64,000 nt of DNA, from assembly GCF_964355755.1 (NCBI RefSeq), contig NC_092671.1:9920001-9984000 (forward strand), read 5' to 3'. Under the pieces are notes generated by a model, which had not been told where the DNA came from, made no database searches, and saw nothing but the letters and a program-made list of their open reading frames with translations. A program made the position numbers and the translations under genes. This document shows, one piece after another, positions 25,401-38,654 of this stretch. Within the stretch, counting starts at the first letter, position 1; every line of letters starts with the position of its first letter. This DNA is from Antedon mediterranea (taxonomy: Eukaryota > Animalia > Echinodermata).

Positions 25401-28400
25401 TCAATTTCAGTAGGTATTTCACTTGCAGATGTTCAAAGTGTTAACAATTATCATGTAAACTCAATTTTTATTCATCTGGAAATGTGCTGATGTTATTATG
25501 TTTCGAATGATTGATCATGTTATTATCATGTTGTTAGAAACAGATTAGTACATGATGATCATGTTTCTTGATGTCTTTATAGACATAGATCTTTCAACTC
25601 AGACTAAATAGACTATGTAAAATAACACTTCCAAATTCAAATAATCAATCACAAACGCTTGATCAAAAATGGTGGAAATTGATCAGTATAATACTGTATA
25701 CTACTGTATATAACTTTTATTTTACTTACTCTGGACACACATTCATTCAAGAAGTGTGCCACTGTTTCAAAAGTGTATCTTCCAAATAAATTACTATTAT
25801 TATATACAGTAATACTACTGTAGTACTGTATAGATGTATAGTGATATAAAGTTCAATTGACTTACTAACAATTACGTACTTACACATATCAAGGGGAAAA
25901 GACATCAAACATTAAGATCATAAAATCTCAAGGTTGATTTTTTATAATTGATGACAAATATAACTGTAAAAGACCAACAACAACATTTTACAACCAGCTT
26001 TGACCAGGGCCAAAGCAGTAAACTTGCATTAGGTCTGGCACCAAAAATGACCACTTGCATGGGAACAGCAAAAATATCATGCTGTTTTTTAGTCTGGACA
26101 TTTATTAACCATAATTAATTTGATGGTTAAAATTTATCCACAGGGTTTTTGGACAGTTAATGACCATTTAATTTAATAAAAAGAATACACCTTCTCATAA
26201 AAGATTGTACCAAAAGGTGATAGTGATTTCAGCCATTATTGACCATAATAGTCAAAGCAAGACTTCTGACATTTATTGACCTATAATTTCTTCATGATTG
26301 ACCATTAAGATGGAAGTGGTCAGGTTTTAGCCAATAGAAGGAAGTGCTAATGATGGTGTTTTCTGATTGGTTGGTGGTGGGAAGTGGTCAGTTATTGGTT
26401 ATAAGTTGATTATAACAGTTTTAGTTGTCTCTCATGGTTGCTATAATGGTTGCTTAATAAACTAATTGTTTTAATCTGAAGTAGTGGTAGCTTATTTAGT
26501 AAAAGGTGGATTTTAAGAATTTAAAAAGTCAGATATTTAAATTGTTTATTCAATCAACCAAAAACAACAGCTACAAATTGTGAAATTTAAATTATTGAAT
26601 TGTTTCCATTAAATGAACTTATTTCCTGAATTTTGAGCTAATTTTCAGTAATTTTTATCCATTTGTGTGTTAGCTTCCTTGTATAAGTCATATCCCTTAA
26701 TATATTTAATCATATACAGTAAATGAACTGAATTACCTATTGTTGCATTTTAAGTACTGGAAATTAATTTAATTTGAAAACGTATTTTACCACAAAAGGG
26801 TAGGAATCAATCTCATAGAAGGTTATTGACTACCGTAGGAATGCTAAGTGGTTGAGGCCTAGGTAATATAACAATTTTATTTCTTTATTTTGCTTAGTAA
26901 TGACCAATCAAATCTCCTTCAATCTACCAAATTGACCTCTGCGGAACAGTTGCACTGACCTCCGTTAGAGTTTTATAACTTTGTTGCCATGATGTGGTAT
27001 TTCTACAAAACTAGTAAAATTGAATCAAGTACACAAAAGTGTGTTTGGTTATCTACTTAAAAGGATCATAATTTGTCTCAGAGTCCACTCGTAAATTATA
27101 AACAGCGCTCTAGAAACACAAGTTGACAAACAATGATGTCGGCGTGTTTATTGTGGTTTTTTATAAGCACTATGTATGACCTAACGGGTTTCATATGCTC
27201 TAATGTAATAAAAGATATCAACAATGTGTATTGTTGCAGAGCTTTAAGTTAATTATTTTATATTTTATCATTAATAATTATATTATGTTATTGAAGGGAA
27301 TATAGGTCATGATACCAGCAAGGTATCAAAAATAGCTAACAATCTTTATTCCTTTATCCTATATGGTGTATTAAAGTTTAATTAGCGTCCTACATTAGAA
27401 AATCTTTCTAATGAGCGTAAGCAAGGACAATGAAACACAACTTTTAATATTATTAAATAACTAGCGACATAAATTGCTCTTTGTACACAGTGTGTTTTTG
27501 CCAACAAAACTTCAGTTTTATAGAGGTCCATTGTTAGCTATTCCCTCCCTAACACAATGTGATAATGTATCATATACTGTAATTACAAAATAAATCTTCA
27601 ACAACAGGTATTAAAGATAATAATTGTGTTGTTTAATTAATTATCTATATAAATTATATTTATTGATTCAATCCTGTTATGGGCGACTTTGGTCGCTGTT
27701 GGATGAAGATGAAATAAAATAAAAAAAAAAAATAAAAAATTAATTTGTCTTATTAAAAAAAAAATATTATCTTTGTTCGTTTTTTTTTCAACAAAAGTGA
27801 ACAAATTTATTCAAACTGAAAAACTACATATTCAAAGTCTGAATTTATCAATCTTTGTTTTTAAAGTTTTCTATTTTACATCTTTAATCTATCGCTATTA
27901 TATATTAATAATAGTATAAAGATTAAGATATGCAAACAAGTTTATGGATGTATTTTCGTCTATGGGTAAGTAAAGTAAATAGTATAATTGTATAGGGCAA
28001 AGTCTTCAGTATGCCAAAACAACCATTAGGCACATTTCGGTTTGTTGAACAGTATCAACGTGCAAAGTAAACTTATTTTACTTTATCAAATTGCATTGTA
28101 TCGATTACAACCTTAGGTAACACATTGATTTGTACATGGTACAAAAGGACAAGCACCTAGATTAACAAACCAGGTTAAATATAACATCAATAATTTAGCA
28201 CCAATTATTACATGGTTTTATACTTAACTTACAATTTAAGGTGAAACTTACACAAAACACTACACAATAAAATTATATACAAATTTGTTTTTAATATAAT
28301 CATTTCTATACTATTCAATACTAAAATAATGCTATAGTGTTTATTTCCTAGTAATATAGGCCTACTGTACATAATGTTTCTTTTTTTGCGTGTTCCAATG

Positions 28401-31400
28401 AGCAATATAGTTATTATGTTAACAATTTCTGTTAATATTTTATTTCATGTTACAAATATCAAATACTGAGATCAGAACAAAATTTAGTAAAAGCATTTAT
28501 TGATGAAATAATGTTTTCTTTTCAAAATTTATTATCCAGTTTAGCTCCGATTCTATTCTATTTTTAAATGATTCTGATTATGATGGCGTCGTCGAGGGAT
28601 TGCTGGTGGATCTAGGGCAAGGTTTATGTGGCATATGTATTCTTCACTATATCCCTCATGTCTCAATCGACATTGTAAATCCTTTACTAGGAGTTAATGT
28701 ATGAGAACTGTGTATGAATACAAAGCTTAACAGGACTCAACCAAGTTCAATGAACATTTTATTTTCACTTATCATAATATTCATTTAGTTTACAATATAG
28801 TTTAAATATATTATTTTCTAAATTAGAAATTAACAATTAGCAACACTATGTCACCATGAAATGGCAACATGGCATAAACAAAATTGCAATAAATTAATGT
28901 TTGGAATGGAATAATACCAGGGTTGTAGTTTATACAATAACATAATGAAAAATAGAACCTATCACTGTGTGAATTATTTTAAAAGGTGCTCAGAGATAAA
29001 GATCAGTATTTTTGTACTTGACTGATTTAGAAACAATTGTCAAGTTTACTGTAGATTGTAGGTATTATACTAGCGATAGCAGCACATAGGTCATTTACTC
29101 GGCTTACTTTGATGTTGCGAAACATGCCCGAGGCAAAACCTATCGTGCATGCCGGTCATAAAAAATGCATATTTTAAAAAGTACAAGCAGAAAAGATTAT
29201 ATTGTAGGTTAACTATGTATGTATCAATAATAAAGAAGTACTCATTCTATACAACACTGGCTAATACCTTATAATCTTTATATCTACTTTACATTTACTA
29301 TATTAATTGTGTTCTTTCATATTTACAATCAATTGTCATATTTGTACTCTAGTTATTTCTTTGTCAATTCTAAATCTTTTATTTCGAAAATTTACAGTAA
29401 TGCATTTCAAATTTTAATTGAATACATTAAGTTACTGCATTTGTTAGTTTATTTCTTTCTGTCAATTAGCCTATATATTTCAAACTAAAAAAAAAGGCCA
29501 AGACATAAACCCTAGATTTAACTTATCAATCTGAACAAATATCACAAAAAAACTATTTAAAGTACAAAATAAAATAACCTTTATAAATCTATAGTATGCA
29601 TCATAAATTCAACATTTGACTTAAACTGGGTCAACAATTGTAAGATTTGTGTCGAACTTGAATTGAAGCAGAATTTAGAACAAATTAGAAATTGATTACA
29701 CATCAAATTGCATTATATTAATAAATAGTATTAGTGTATGGGGTCTTTCAATTTAACAATGACAACAAGGGGAGAAAGACATCTGCAGGTGTTACTCTAT
29801 ACAATTTCCCCTTCCTACTGTTTAGTACAAAATTGACAGTGGAAAAGAGGTTTATAAATATTTTACCTAAAATGTGCATATATCTACACAAACATGTACT
29901 GTAGGAGTTAAATATTAAGAAAATCCTATATTACGCCAGTTTCTATAAAAAATGAGATGCTGATGGCGCATTGACACAACAATGCATAGATGAAATCATT
30001 ATTTACTACTACATAATACTGTATGTAGGTTAGAGTTGATGCCAAAAAGAGAAAAAAATAGTGGGCAGGGCAGGAAAGGGGTTTACAGAGGGTTTGATAG
30101 TATCAGCAGAGGGGTGCATCCCCTCTTTCAGTCTATGCACTTTAATTTAAGTGTGGGTTTAGAATGGGTGCAGAAATGTAGACTGGATACAACAACTTCA
30201 TCCAGTCAACCCTGTCTACAGTTGTATATAACTGTACATACAGTAACCTTATTTTAAATATTATTAGTGAATGCCCTTTTCCTTCATTATAGGAAAAATT
30301 TCATCTATGGCTTTAAGGTTTGATCTTAGTCAACCTGTGGTAGATACAACGAAATTAAATTAACATAGTTTCAGCATTAATGTTATAGGTCACACAGTCC
30401 AAGGGATGGTTATGTTGTTTTTTGATCATTAAAATACAGTTATTGAATAATGTCAATACAAAATGACACAAAACAAATACAGTATCTAAAAAGCAATATA
30501 AAATTACACTATGAAAGTAACTATTTAAGGAGAAAGTATTCTGGAATCTTTGTGACATCACAAAATGTTATTACAATGTTAAGAATAATAGAACGCGTCC
30601 ATATGAGCGTGTGAAAAACAGGTGGGTTCTGTGTTCATTGTGTAAAATGTTCTTCTCTCGCCTATAACTCACAAATAAATGATTTTAGCAGATTTTCCAT
30701 TATCTCATTGAAGATTCATTTTGCATCACATTATATCTATAAAACATTATTTCATTGGCAGATCCAGGATTTTGAAATAGTGGGGGACCAATGCTTAAGA
30801 ATTTATTTGAATTAAGTGTTGAGCTTAAACAATTAATGTTTTATCTTTTACTATGTAATTTTTTTCAAAATGTAGGGGGAGAGGCCAGCTAGGCTTCGGC
30901 ACCCCCTCCCCCTGATCAGCTCATGCATTTAAAAATGTTTTAAATACTTATGGTAAGTATTTGATAATGAATATTACTCTGTATGTTCATAATGGTTTCT
31001 TTTTGCACCCATAAGTAATCAGTTCCTTTTCCTATTTTTTTTACAGTAATATCGCCAGTGACCATACCTGTACCAGTCGATCATACAACACATTTTTATT
31101 ACATTAACCAAAAACAAAGTGCCAACATAGTACCATTATATTGCGCAATACTTGGATGTGTGGTGCTAGGACTTGTGGCTTATGTTCTTTATAAGAAGTG
31201 GTCATTTTATAAAATTAAAGTGCAACAACAAAAACCTCACAGGTAAAGTAGATAATATTTATACTATTTTATTCTATATAATAATTATCTTATTTCATAT
31301 AATATTTCAAAATTTTTTAACCATTTTTATAATGATTTTTGCCTTTTTACTTTAACTTTAATAACAGTATAGTAAGGTATTTCTTTTTATTTTTAATATT

Positions 31401-34400
31401 TAATAAAACTATAGATTTCTGATTAGCCTAGTGTAAAATTTAATAATTACATTTCTGATCATAGATTTTAAATAAATTTTACAATTTGTTAAATTTAAAT
31501 TAGTAATTAACTTTTGCTCATTCAATATTCATTTCTTAATTAATTCCATCAAATCATTGGGGATTTAAATAAAATTTAATTAATTATATTAATTACCAAT
31601 TTAATTTACCATTCAATTATAAGTATTGCTGTTATTTACCAATCCTTCAATAAAATGATTGTTCATTTGATAAAAAATGATGATTTTTAAAATGAATGAA
31701 AATTATCCACACAATCTGGATTTTTTGCTATGGTAACTAGTGTTCTACTTTGTACAGGTAGATTAGTTGCCATGGTTATTCTTCTGCAAACTCTCAATTC
31801 CTTGCGGATTTTTTTCAATTCTGTGCTATATATAATGTGGCTTATGATATGTTTGATGTTCCTTAAAATAATGTTTAATTTACAATAATGTCCTCCTTTA
31901 TTATTAAAAGTTTGTTGAAAAATTGTTCTCCATGCTTAAAAAATGGACCTACAGGTGTAATAGTTTTTGTGTTAAGATTCATTGTTGCTGCCTTACAACA
32001 ATCTGCTTAAATGTTATTAAGGATATCAACAATTTTATATGATGCTGTAAAACAGAATTTAATAAAAATTGCCTTAACCGAACAAAAGCAATAAAAGTCA
32101 TTTTATTTATAAGAGGGATATGTTTTTCTTCACATTATTAGTTTCAAGTTGATTTTTTTTGTACATTATTTGCAAAGGACAGGTTCCTACAGTGTTTCTT
32201 AGGACAGTATTTGATTTATATATCTCAGCCTGTAGTTTATTACTAGTCCATTTACTGCTGCCAAGTTCAACACCATTAATATGATTATCATACTCGGCAT
32301 CTTGTTGGTCTTTCTCCGCTTCTTTTTGGTCTATCGCAAATAGCTAAGAAATTGTTACATTGTGTGGCTGGTATGGAGGGCCGCTGGGCCTTAACTCAAA
32401 ACCAGTTGGATAGCATTACAGAAAACATGTATAAGAGGTCAATTTAATCAATCGCTAATGCCATAAAATAATTCACTCTACTTTATCCCCACACACAAAG
32501 TTTTTTTAAAAATAATGTTTGTAACGTAAATTTATTATAAACGTATGTTTTTACAGGTTAGAATTAAATTTAATCTGTTTAATGCTCCAACAATTATTTT
32601 TATAAATACATTTTATAATTTTTCAATAATTATTTCAAATGTGTACATTTTTTTCTTCTCCTAAAAAAGTATATCATTGTATTTTTGCAGATTAAATAAT
32701 GGTGAAGGTTTAACAAAAGAACAACTTAGTCTGCATTCTTCTAAGCTATCTGCTCCATATTCTAGTAGTCTACAAAGTCAAAAGTTAATGGATAGTATGC
32801 CGAGTATCCATGCTCCACTCATGGCAAGTAAGTATACACTAAATCATCATTATCACTCACTCATATTCCTTTCTTTACTTCCACAACAGTTACCCACACC
32901 ACCTCAACCCCAAATCCTACCACTAGTACCACTGTATCTGTTGAATGTACTAATTGTTACAATTATTTGTTGTATAGTATTAGTAGTATTAAGTACTGCA
33001 AAAATCATGATTAATTTTAAAAAGCAGGCAATAGAAAATAAATATAACAAATATGTAAGTTATACTATAATATTAATTCAACAAAATTTAAAGTTTAACT
33101 ACATGTATAGCTAAAATAAAAATTTTAAATATTCGTATTGGTAAAGTTTAGAAAATGTATTTAGTAAATTGGATAAGCCTTTCTACATTGGTGTTCGACT
33201 TAAATATTCTGTTAAATTACATTTTATAGTAGTACAGTACTATTTATTAGGTCAATTTGGGTTACCTGTAATATAAAGCTTCATTTGTACTCAAAACTAC
33301 TGTATGCCTTAGGTCAGTTGTTAATAAATAGCATTGATATTTTGGTTAACAACAAAGTTATTCTAACAGTTTGTGACTTACAAATCAGCGAGTTGATCTG
33401 AAATAATTTCAGATGCTTTTAGTCACATATGACCGACAAGGACATTCAGTTGAACTAAACGATTATTTTGCTTACGATGTAATTACTAATTGGTTTGTTT
33501 GTGCTATTTTTATGCTTGCTTTCATGACAGTGTATCCATAGATATACTTTCTCATTCTTCATGATCTAAACAATTTAATGGCTTGATTATTTATTGTTAC
33601 TTTGTCCTAATTAAAGTTTGAGGGCTTTAGGCACAACCTTGTTGCATCAGTAATAATAAGCTATTGCAAATTTTATACTGTACTTCATTTTAATTTTGTT
33701 TTTCTTATTATTATACAACGGTTGCCACATCAACTAATTATGTTTGTCCTTCCAGTCATAATATCCTTGTTGTTGGGATTTATATTATTATTCATATTAA
33801 TTGCATGCAATATCCAAAGATGAATACAGGTTATAGGCAATTTGGCACCTCTTTTAACTTACAAAATATTTACATACCGGTATTAAAATTATCCATTATG
33901 TCTTATGCCGATAAAATATAAATGAAATATGTTTTAATACTATTTTATGATGGTTTCTATAGCAACATTTCAGTATAGAGTACATTGGCTTCATAAAAAC
34001 GTAGATATTAAAATCTAAATTTGCTCGTGAAGTAAACATGTTATTGTAAAACCATGTCCTGTAGTCTTAGTGTGATATTTGTCGGCATATAAATTGCTTT
34101 TTAAATCATGCTTTGAATTAGTAATTACCATAGTCATTAACACTAATCGTAAGAAATAAAGATTATTATTGCATTTAATATAAAAACGTACATATGGTTG
34201 TCTTTTTCAATAACAATCATTTATCTCACATTGGAAATGAAATAAGATCAATAATTTTAATTATATGTCTGCTTAAAATGTATAGGGGGGGGGGGGGGGT
34301 TACAGAAATGTGTATATAATTATAGCCAATGTTCAATTGACCCAAACCAATTAAACCTGTGAAGTACCATCGTTATCTTAAGTACACACAAACAGTGTGA

Positions 34401-34932
34401 GAAAAGTTAACCTACAACTGTCCTTAAATTGTACTTGTATTTTTAATAATGATTATTAATAATTATTATTTTATTTAATTCCATATAACCAATTGAATTA
34501 TTGTTAATTAAATTAGAACAGCAACACTGATGTGGAATTTAGAAAACACAAAATATATCAAGCTTTAATTAAAAGTACTAATTGGTAAATGATGTTTAAA
34601 TTTTTTCTTTTTTTTCCCCAGTGCCCGTAGGGATGTTATATGTTGATCTGCCTAGCGAAAAGAAAAAAGAAGTAGAGAAATTGCTAGGAACGACGCGTCT
34701 TGATCGTCGTGATTGGCGTGGACTTGCTTTTGAGCTTGGTTTTACTGAAGAAGATACAGTCAGTTTGATTAAAAACTCTAATAAACATTTACCTGCTGAA
34801 AAAATGCTTATGATTTGGAGTCGACGTGAGGATGCAACTTTAGGACTATTGGTGGCAGCATTACATCGAATTGGACGAACCGATGTATTAAATGTAATTC
34901 CAGTTTATGTTAGCTTATCACAAATCACATAA
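13434..34932 (+). CDS. NGFR: p75NTR/NGFR (TNFRSF16)-like death-domain receptor, about 400 aa, 5 coding exons
   Basis: Exons 13434-13496 (signal peptide MHINTQEITCALLTFIIILSS), 17060-17555 (four TNFR Cys-rich repeats), 31047-31242 (TM NIVPLYCAILGCVVLGLVAYVLYKKW, compare vertebrate p75 NLIPVYCSILAAVVVGLVAYIAFKRW), 32691-32827 (juxtamembrane), 34622-34932 (death domain, DWRGLAFELG...LHRIGRTDV). Intron phases 0,1,2,1 are all compatible; 1203 nt. Confidence 0.9.
14322..15514. mobile_element. Foldback-type non-autonomous DNA element with modular TIRs
   Basis: Left arm about 14327-14546 is an array of AAAGTCGCCCCATCGC-like 16-17-mers; right arm about 15305-15509 is the inverted array; both ends share AGTCAAGTCGCCCC. 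No clear TSD. Explains the spurious repetitive ORFs here. Confidence 0.8.
18295..18760. repeat. Tandem repeat, about 3 copies of a 170-185 bp unit
   Basis: TCCTCTTTTAGTAA...CAATTCTTCAA(T/C)ACCT(G/A)CATCTC(C/T)ACAGCAG recurs near 18368, 18532 and 18706. Confidence 0.85.
19423..19632. mobile_element. pogo/Tigger-like MITE relic with internal 56-bp duplication
   Basis: Starts TACTGTAGAACC, with GGGGACACC/GGTGTCCCC subterminal motifs; related ends GAGGTTCTACTGTA at about 5949-5962 and 22294-22307. Confidence 0.5.
21540..22050 (-). mobile_element. Highly decayed LINE fragment
   Basis: Minus strand near 21575-21605 reads LLFADDTPIY, the reverse-transcriptase catalytic motif; the surrounding frames are broken. 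Confidence 0.35.
22625..22704 (+). ncRNA. Decayed type I hammerhead ribozyme-like motif
   Basis: Stem I GACUACC/GGUAGUU, core gUGAUGA, stem II GUC-AGA-GAC, GAA, extended stem III, cleavage triplet UUC; two core deviations. Confidence 0.45.
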
Positions 34933-35938
34933 TGTTAATATAAATATTCTTAAGTTAACTGTATATAAACGTTGTACAGTGTAAGATATGTAGATATCAG
35001 TTGGTTTTTACTTTTATATATATTTTATTTAAGAAGAGAGAGGAAAGCAGAGAATCATTACATTTATTTTCAAAACTATAAACATTACACCCAAAGAATA
35101 GAATAATAAAAACTACACTAAATTTGGCTATATGACCATGTATTCTGACTACTTCCCCATCTAACAACATATTACAGCATATAATGTAATATTATTACAA
35201 TATTTATTTAGGTGCTGATAATATTTTTATTTGCTGTATAGTGTAAATGCTGCTGTACTTCTGAATGTCATTCCAGTTAAACATTGGCCTACACAGTACA
35301 CTGCAGTAGAGCACTTAAATTTACCTTTAAAAAAATCAGTCAAGCTATGTCTTGTATATTTGAAACTTGCAAAATGCCAGATAAAAACATAATAATACAG
35401 CATTGTCCTTTTTTCCCCTTCTCCTTTATTCTTTTAAGTCGATCGTATATGTATTCAGTAGACTCTAGAGGGAGCTACTTGTAAACTGTGTACTCACAAA
35501 TGGCCAATCTAATCTGACCTACACAGTATACAGTATACTCTATAGTTACTGTAGTGTACTGTACGCACAATGCAAATTTTCTTTGAAATGTTTAGGTTTA
35601 AAATACACACAAGTTTCTTTCTGCATTATTTTTTAATGTATTTGTTTATAGAAAAGTTGTTTTTAAATTCAAATTTAATGACGTTTACTCACACCAGATA
35701 ACTATTAGTTAGTCAATAAATATAGATTTTCAAACTATTATATTTTATTTCTACCTACTTTTCATCTGCATCTGTAAAGCTATGGTGCTCTGTAATGTAT
35801 TTTATTATTTTATAAAGAAAAACAATTTAACTTTATTTCTAAAATGCCCACAATAGTTTTGAAGGACTTTTCAATAGATAAATTATATATTTTATTTGTA
35901 GATATTTACAATTTCAATGTATAATATCAGGTGGATAA

Positions 35939-36338
35939 AGGCCCATTTACACTAGGGCAATAACGATCGACGATAAATAGATAAACATAGATTTTTGTTT
36001 TGATAAAACGAAAGAAATTAGAACATTTTTCATTCTAGAACTATAGGATAATCATATATGCTGTATTTAATAAAAATATTATTTTTGAAAAACCAATCAA
36101 ATGATGTCATGATCAATGAAAACAATAAAACCGTTGTATTGTAACGATATTATTGCTCTTACTAATCATGACGTCATTTGATTGGACGTGTGGAAATATT
36201 ATTTTTATCAAAGGCAGCATAGATGATAATCCTCTAGTTCTAGGATGAAAACTTTTTAAAATTCTTTTGTTTTAGGTATGAAAAATGCATATTTATCTTT
36301 TTATCGTCGATCGTTATCGCCCTAGTGTAAATGGGCCT
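35939..36338. mobile_element. 400-bp near-palindromic Harbinger-like MITE, family C
   Basis: TIR AGGCCCATTTACACTAGGGC(A/G)ATAACGATCGACGATAAA with complementarity running almost to the centre; TAA target-site duplication at 35936-35938 and 36339-36341. Confidence 0.9.
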
Positions 36339-38289
36339 TAAAGATGGCAAGTAAGAATAAATAATATTAACAGAGTAATGTAAATTGCATTAATTAGTAT
36401 GTAAACAATTTTAAAGTAATCTATTAAACTAATTGATCACATGGTTATAAAGATCTACAATCAGTAAATAATATTAATAGTATTAGTAGATTAAATGGTT
36501 CACGACAGAGGTTTGTTCTACTGCAGTAAAAAAAAAAAACACATTTTTAGGCATTATGATTCCTTAAATAACTACAATATTGTATTGATTTAGACGCTTT
36601 TTCAGAACTTTAAATTGTTATGTATATTATTAGAGGATAAGCCACAATGTGGATTACTGCAGTAAGACGACATCCAAGATCACAATTACTAAACAATGCT
36701 GATGTGATAAGTTATTTATATTACTGTATACATTGGTTGAAACTTTTCATATTCTTGCCAGTAATTGTATAAAATCATCCACATTTTATTTGGTTACAAT
36801 AAACAAATTGTTGACTATTTGAATAATATTTCATGTGTACAGTTTTATTTAGTCTTTAATCCATAAGAAGCACATCGATTTCTTTGATGGGAGTTGTCGT
36901 ATAGCATTTCAGCGGTAGGAATCAAATTGTTGTGGGTTCGATAAAGTTGAGCGACGTCTGATCCCGAACCCTTCCCATCGTGCATTGACGATTTGTTTTT
37001 ACTCGCCAACATTCGATCTCCTCAGAGTATATACCAATCGCAGTTGCATCGTAATAGTGTGTTGGATCTCCAATATTGGGCAGTTGCTAGCTATCTAGCT
37101 AGCTCTATGTAGTAGGCCCTACCCTAGTTAGTACTAGGCCTAGTAGTGTAGGTCGTCGATAGGCCCTGCCAGCCATAATAAGTAAGACAAGCCTAGCCTA
37201 GTCCTACCTCTCTCTAGACCTAGCCTAGGCCTAGAGTAAAAATAACCACCGGGGCTAGAAATAACCTAAGACTATGTATACACAAACAATCAAACTCACC
37301 TTTGCCTCTTAATAAACTTTTCAATAAGTTGGAAAAGTTGTCAAATTTTCTTTTTCAATTTACTCTGTCTCTGCTGACCGTACCTGCTGTTGAAAATAAC
37401 ATGATTTCATGGAGTTTTTATAGGCTCATCTCCACAGCCGTTCCGTTGATTTTGTTTTTCATTTAGGTTAGATTGCTACTGATTGGTCCACTGTAAATTA
37501 TGTTTGTCCAGTACTAAATAATTTTTCAAATAGAGGTAATCAAATTCAACTAACCATACATATCTATTTCATTTCTTTTATTAACAAACTTGGAAAAACT
37601 TCTATTTACATGTTCTTTTTGTTTTCTTTACATAAAAAACCAAACATTATTATACACATCGACAACTTGTATTAAAAAATCAATATTAACATGAATCTTC
37701 ATTTTATCATTTAAATCCATCTTTTATATTTTATGCTGATAATTTATAAACATGTAATTCCTCTTACCTCACCAATAATATAAATTCAAAATCATGATAA
37801 TTCGGAACCCATGAAAGATTTTGAAAACTGAGACAAGTCTCAGCTTCAGTTTTTGTATTTTACCTCTAAACTGTATCTGCAATTAGCCATATTTTCTTCT
37901 TTTAAAAAAAGTTTGTATACTGTGTTGTTTAGCCATGGCATGGCAATTCCAACATATATTCAACAACATTGAAAGATTTTAGAAATAAAAGCAATGATTT
38001 CGTTCATAATGTTATTTTTTGTAAGTTTCTTATAAATTAATGCTAAAAACAAAATGTGTATTTTTATTTGCTTGATAAGCTTTCTCTATGTTACCTGTAT
38101 GGTTAGAAAATAAGATACATAGTCCCTGATAGTTTTTCCGTTATTCTTATCATTCTTTATCATTGATCTTAAACGTAGCCAATGATGAGGCACTGTCCTA
38201 ACTTCCTTCTATTGGAATATATCGATACGCATCAATGGCATTGTCTACATCATATTGAAATGTTCTAATCTCCTTACAATACTTGCACC

Positions 38290-38632
38290 CTATTGAGTAC
38301 CGCTTGTCTTGTTGAGTGATTCCTGTCTTGTTGAGTGACCCTGTCTTGTTGAGTGACCTCTGTCTTGTTGAGTACCCTCTGTCTTGTTGAGTGACCCCAG
38401 TCTTGTTGTGTGACCCCCTGTCTTGTTGTGTGACCCCCTGTCTTGTTGAGTGCCCCCTGTTTTGTTGAGCGCCCCCCCCCCCCACTTTCTTGCGTGACCC
38501 CTGTCTTGTTGAGTACCGCCTGTCTTGTTGAGTGACCCCTGTCTTATTGAGTGCCCCCTGTTTTGTTAAGCACCCCACCTCCATCTTCTTGAGTGACCCC
38601 TGTCTACTTGAGTACCCCACATCTTGTTGAAG
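38290..38632. repeat. Minisatellite of 20-21 bp units (CCCTGTCTTGTTGAGTGACC) in the SETD2 3'UTR
   Basis: About 16 degenerate copies visible; begins about 25 nt after the SETD2 stop codon. Confidence 0.9.
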
Positions 38633-38654
38633 ACTCCTTGTTGCTTCTCAAACG

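Noticed and set aside
38198-38620. 140-aa ORF
   Set aside because: Translation of the SETD2 3'UTR minisatellite; not in frame with a spliced product I could support.
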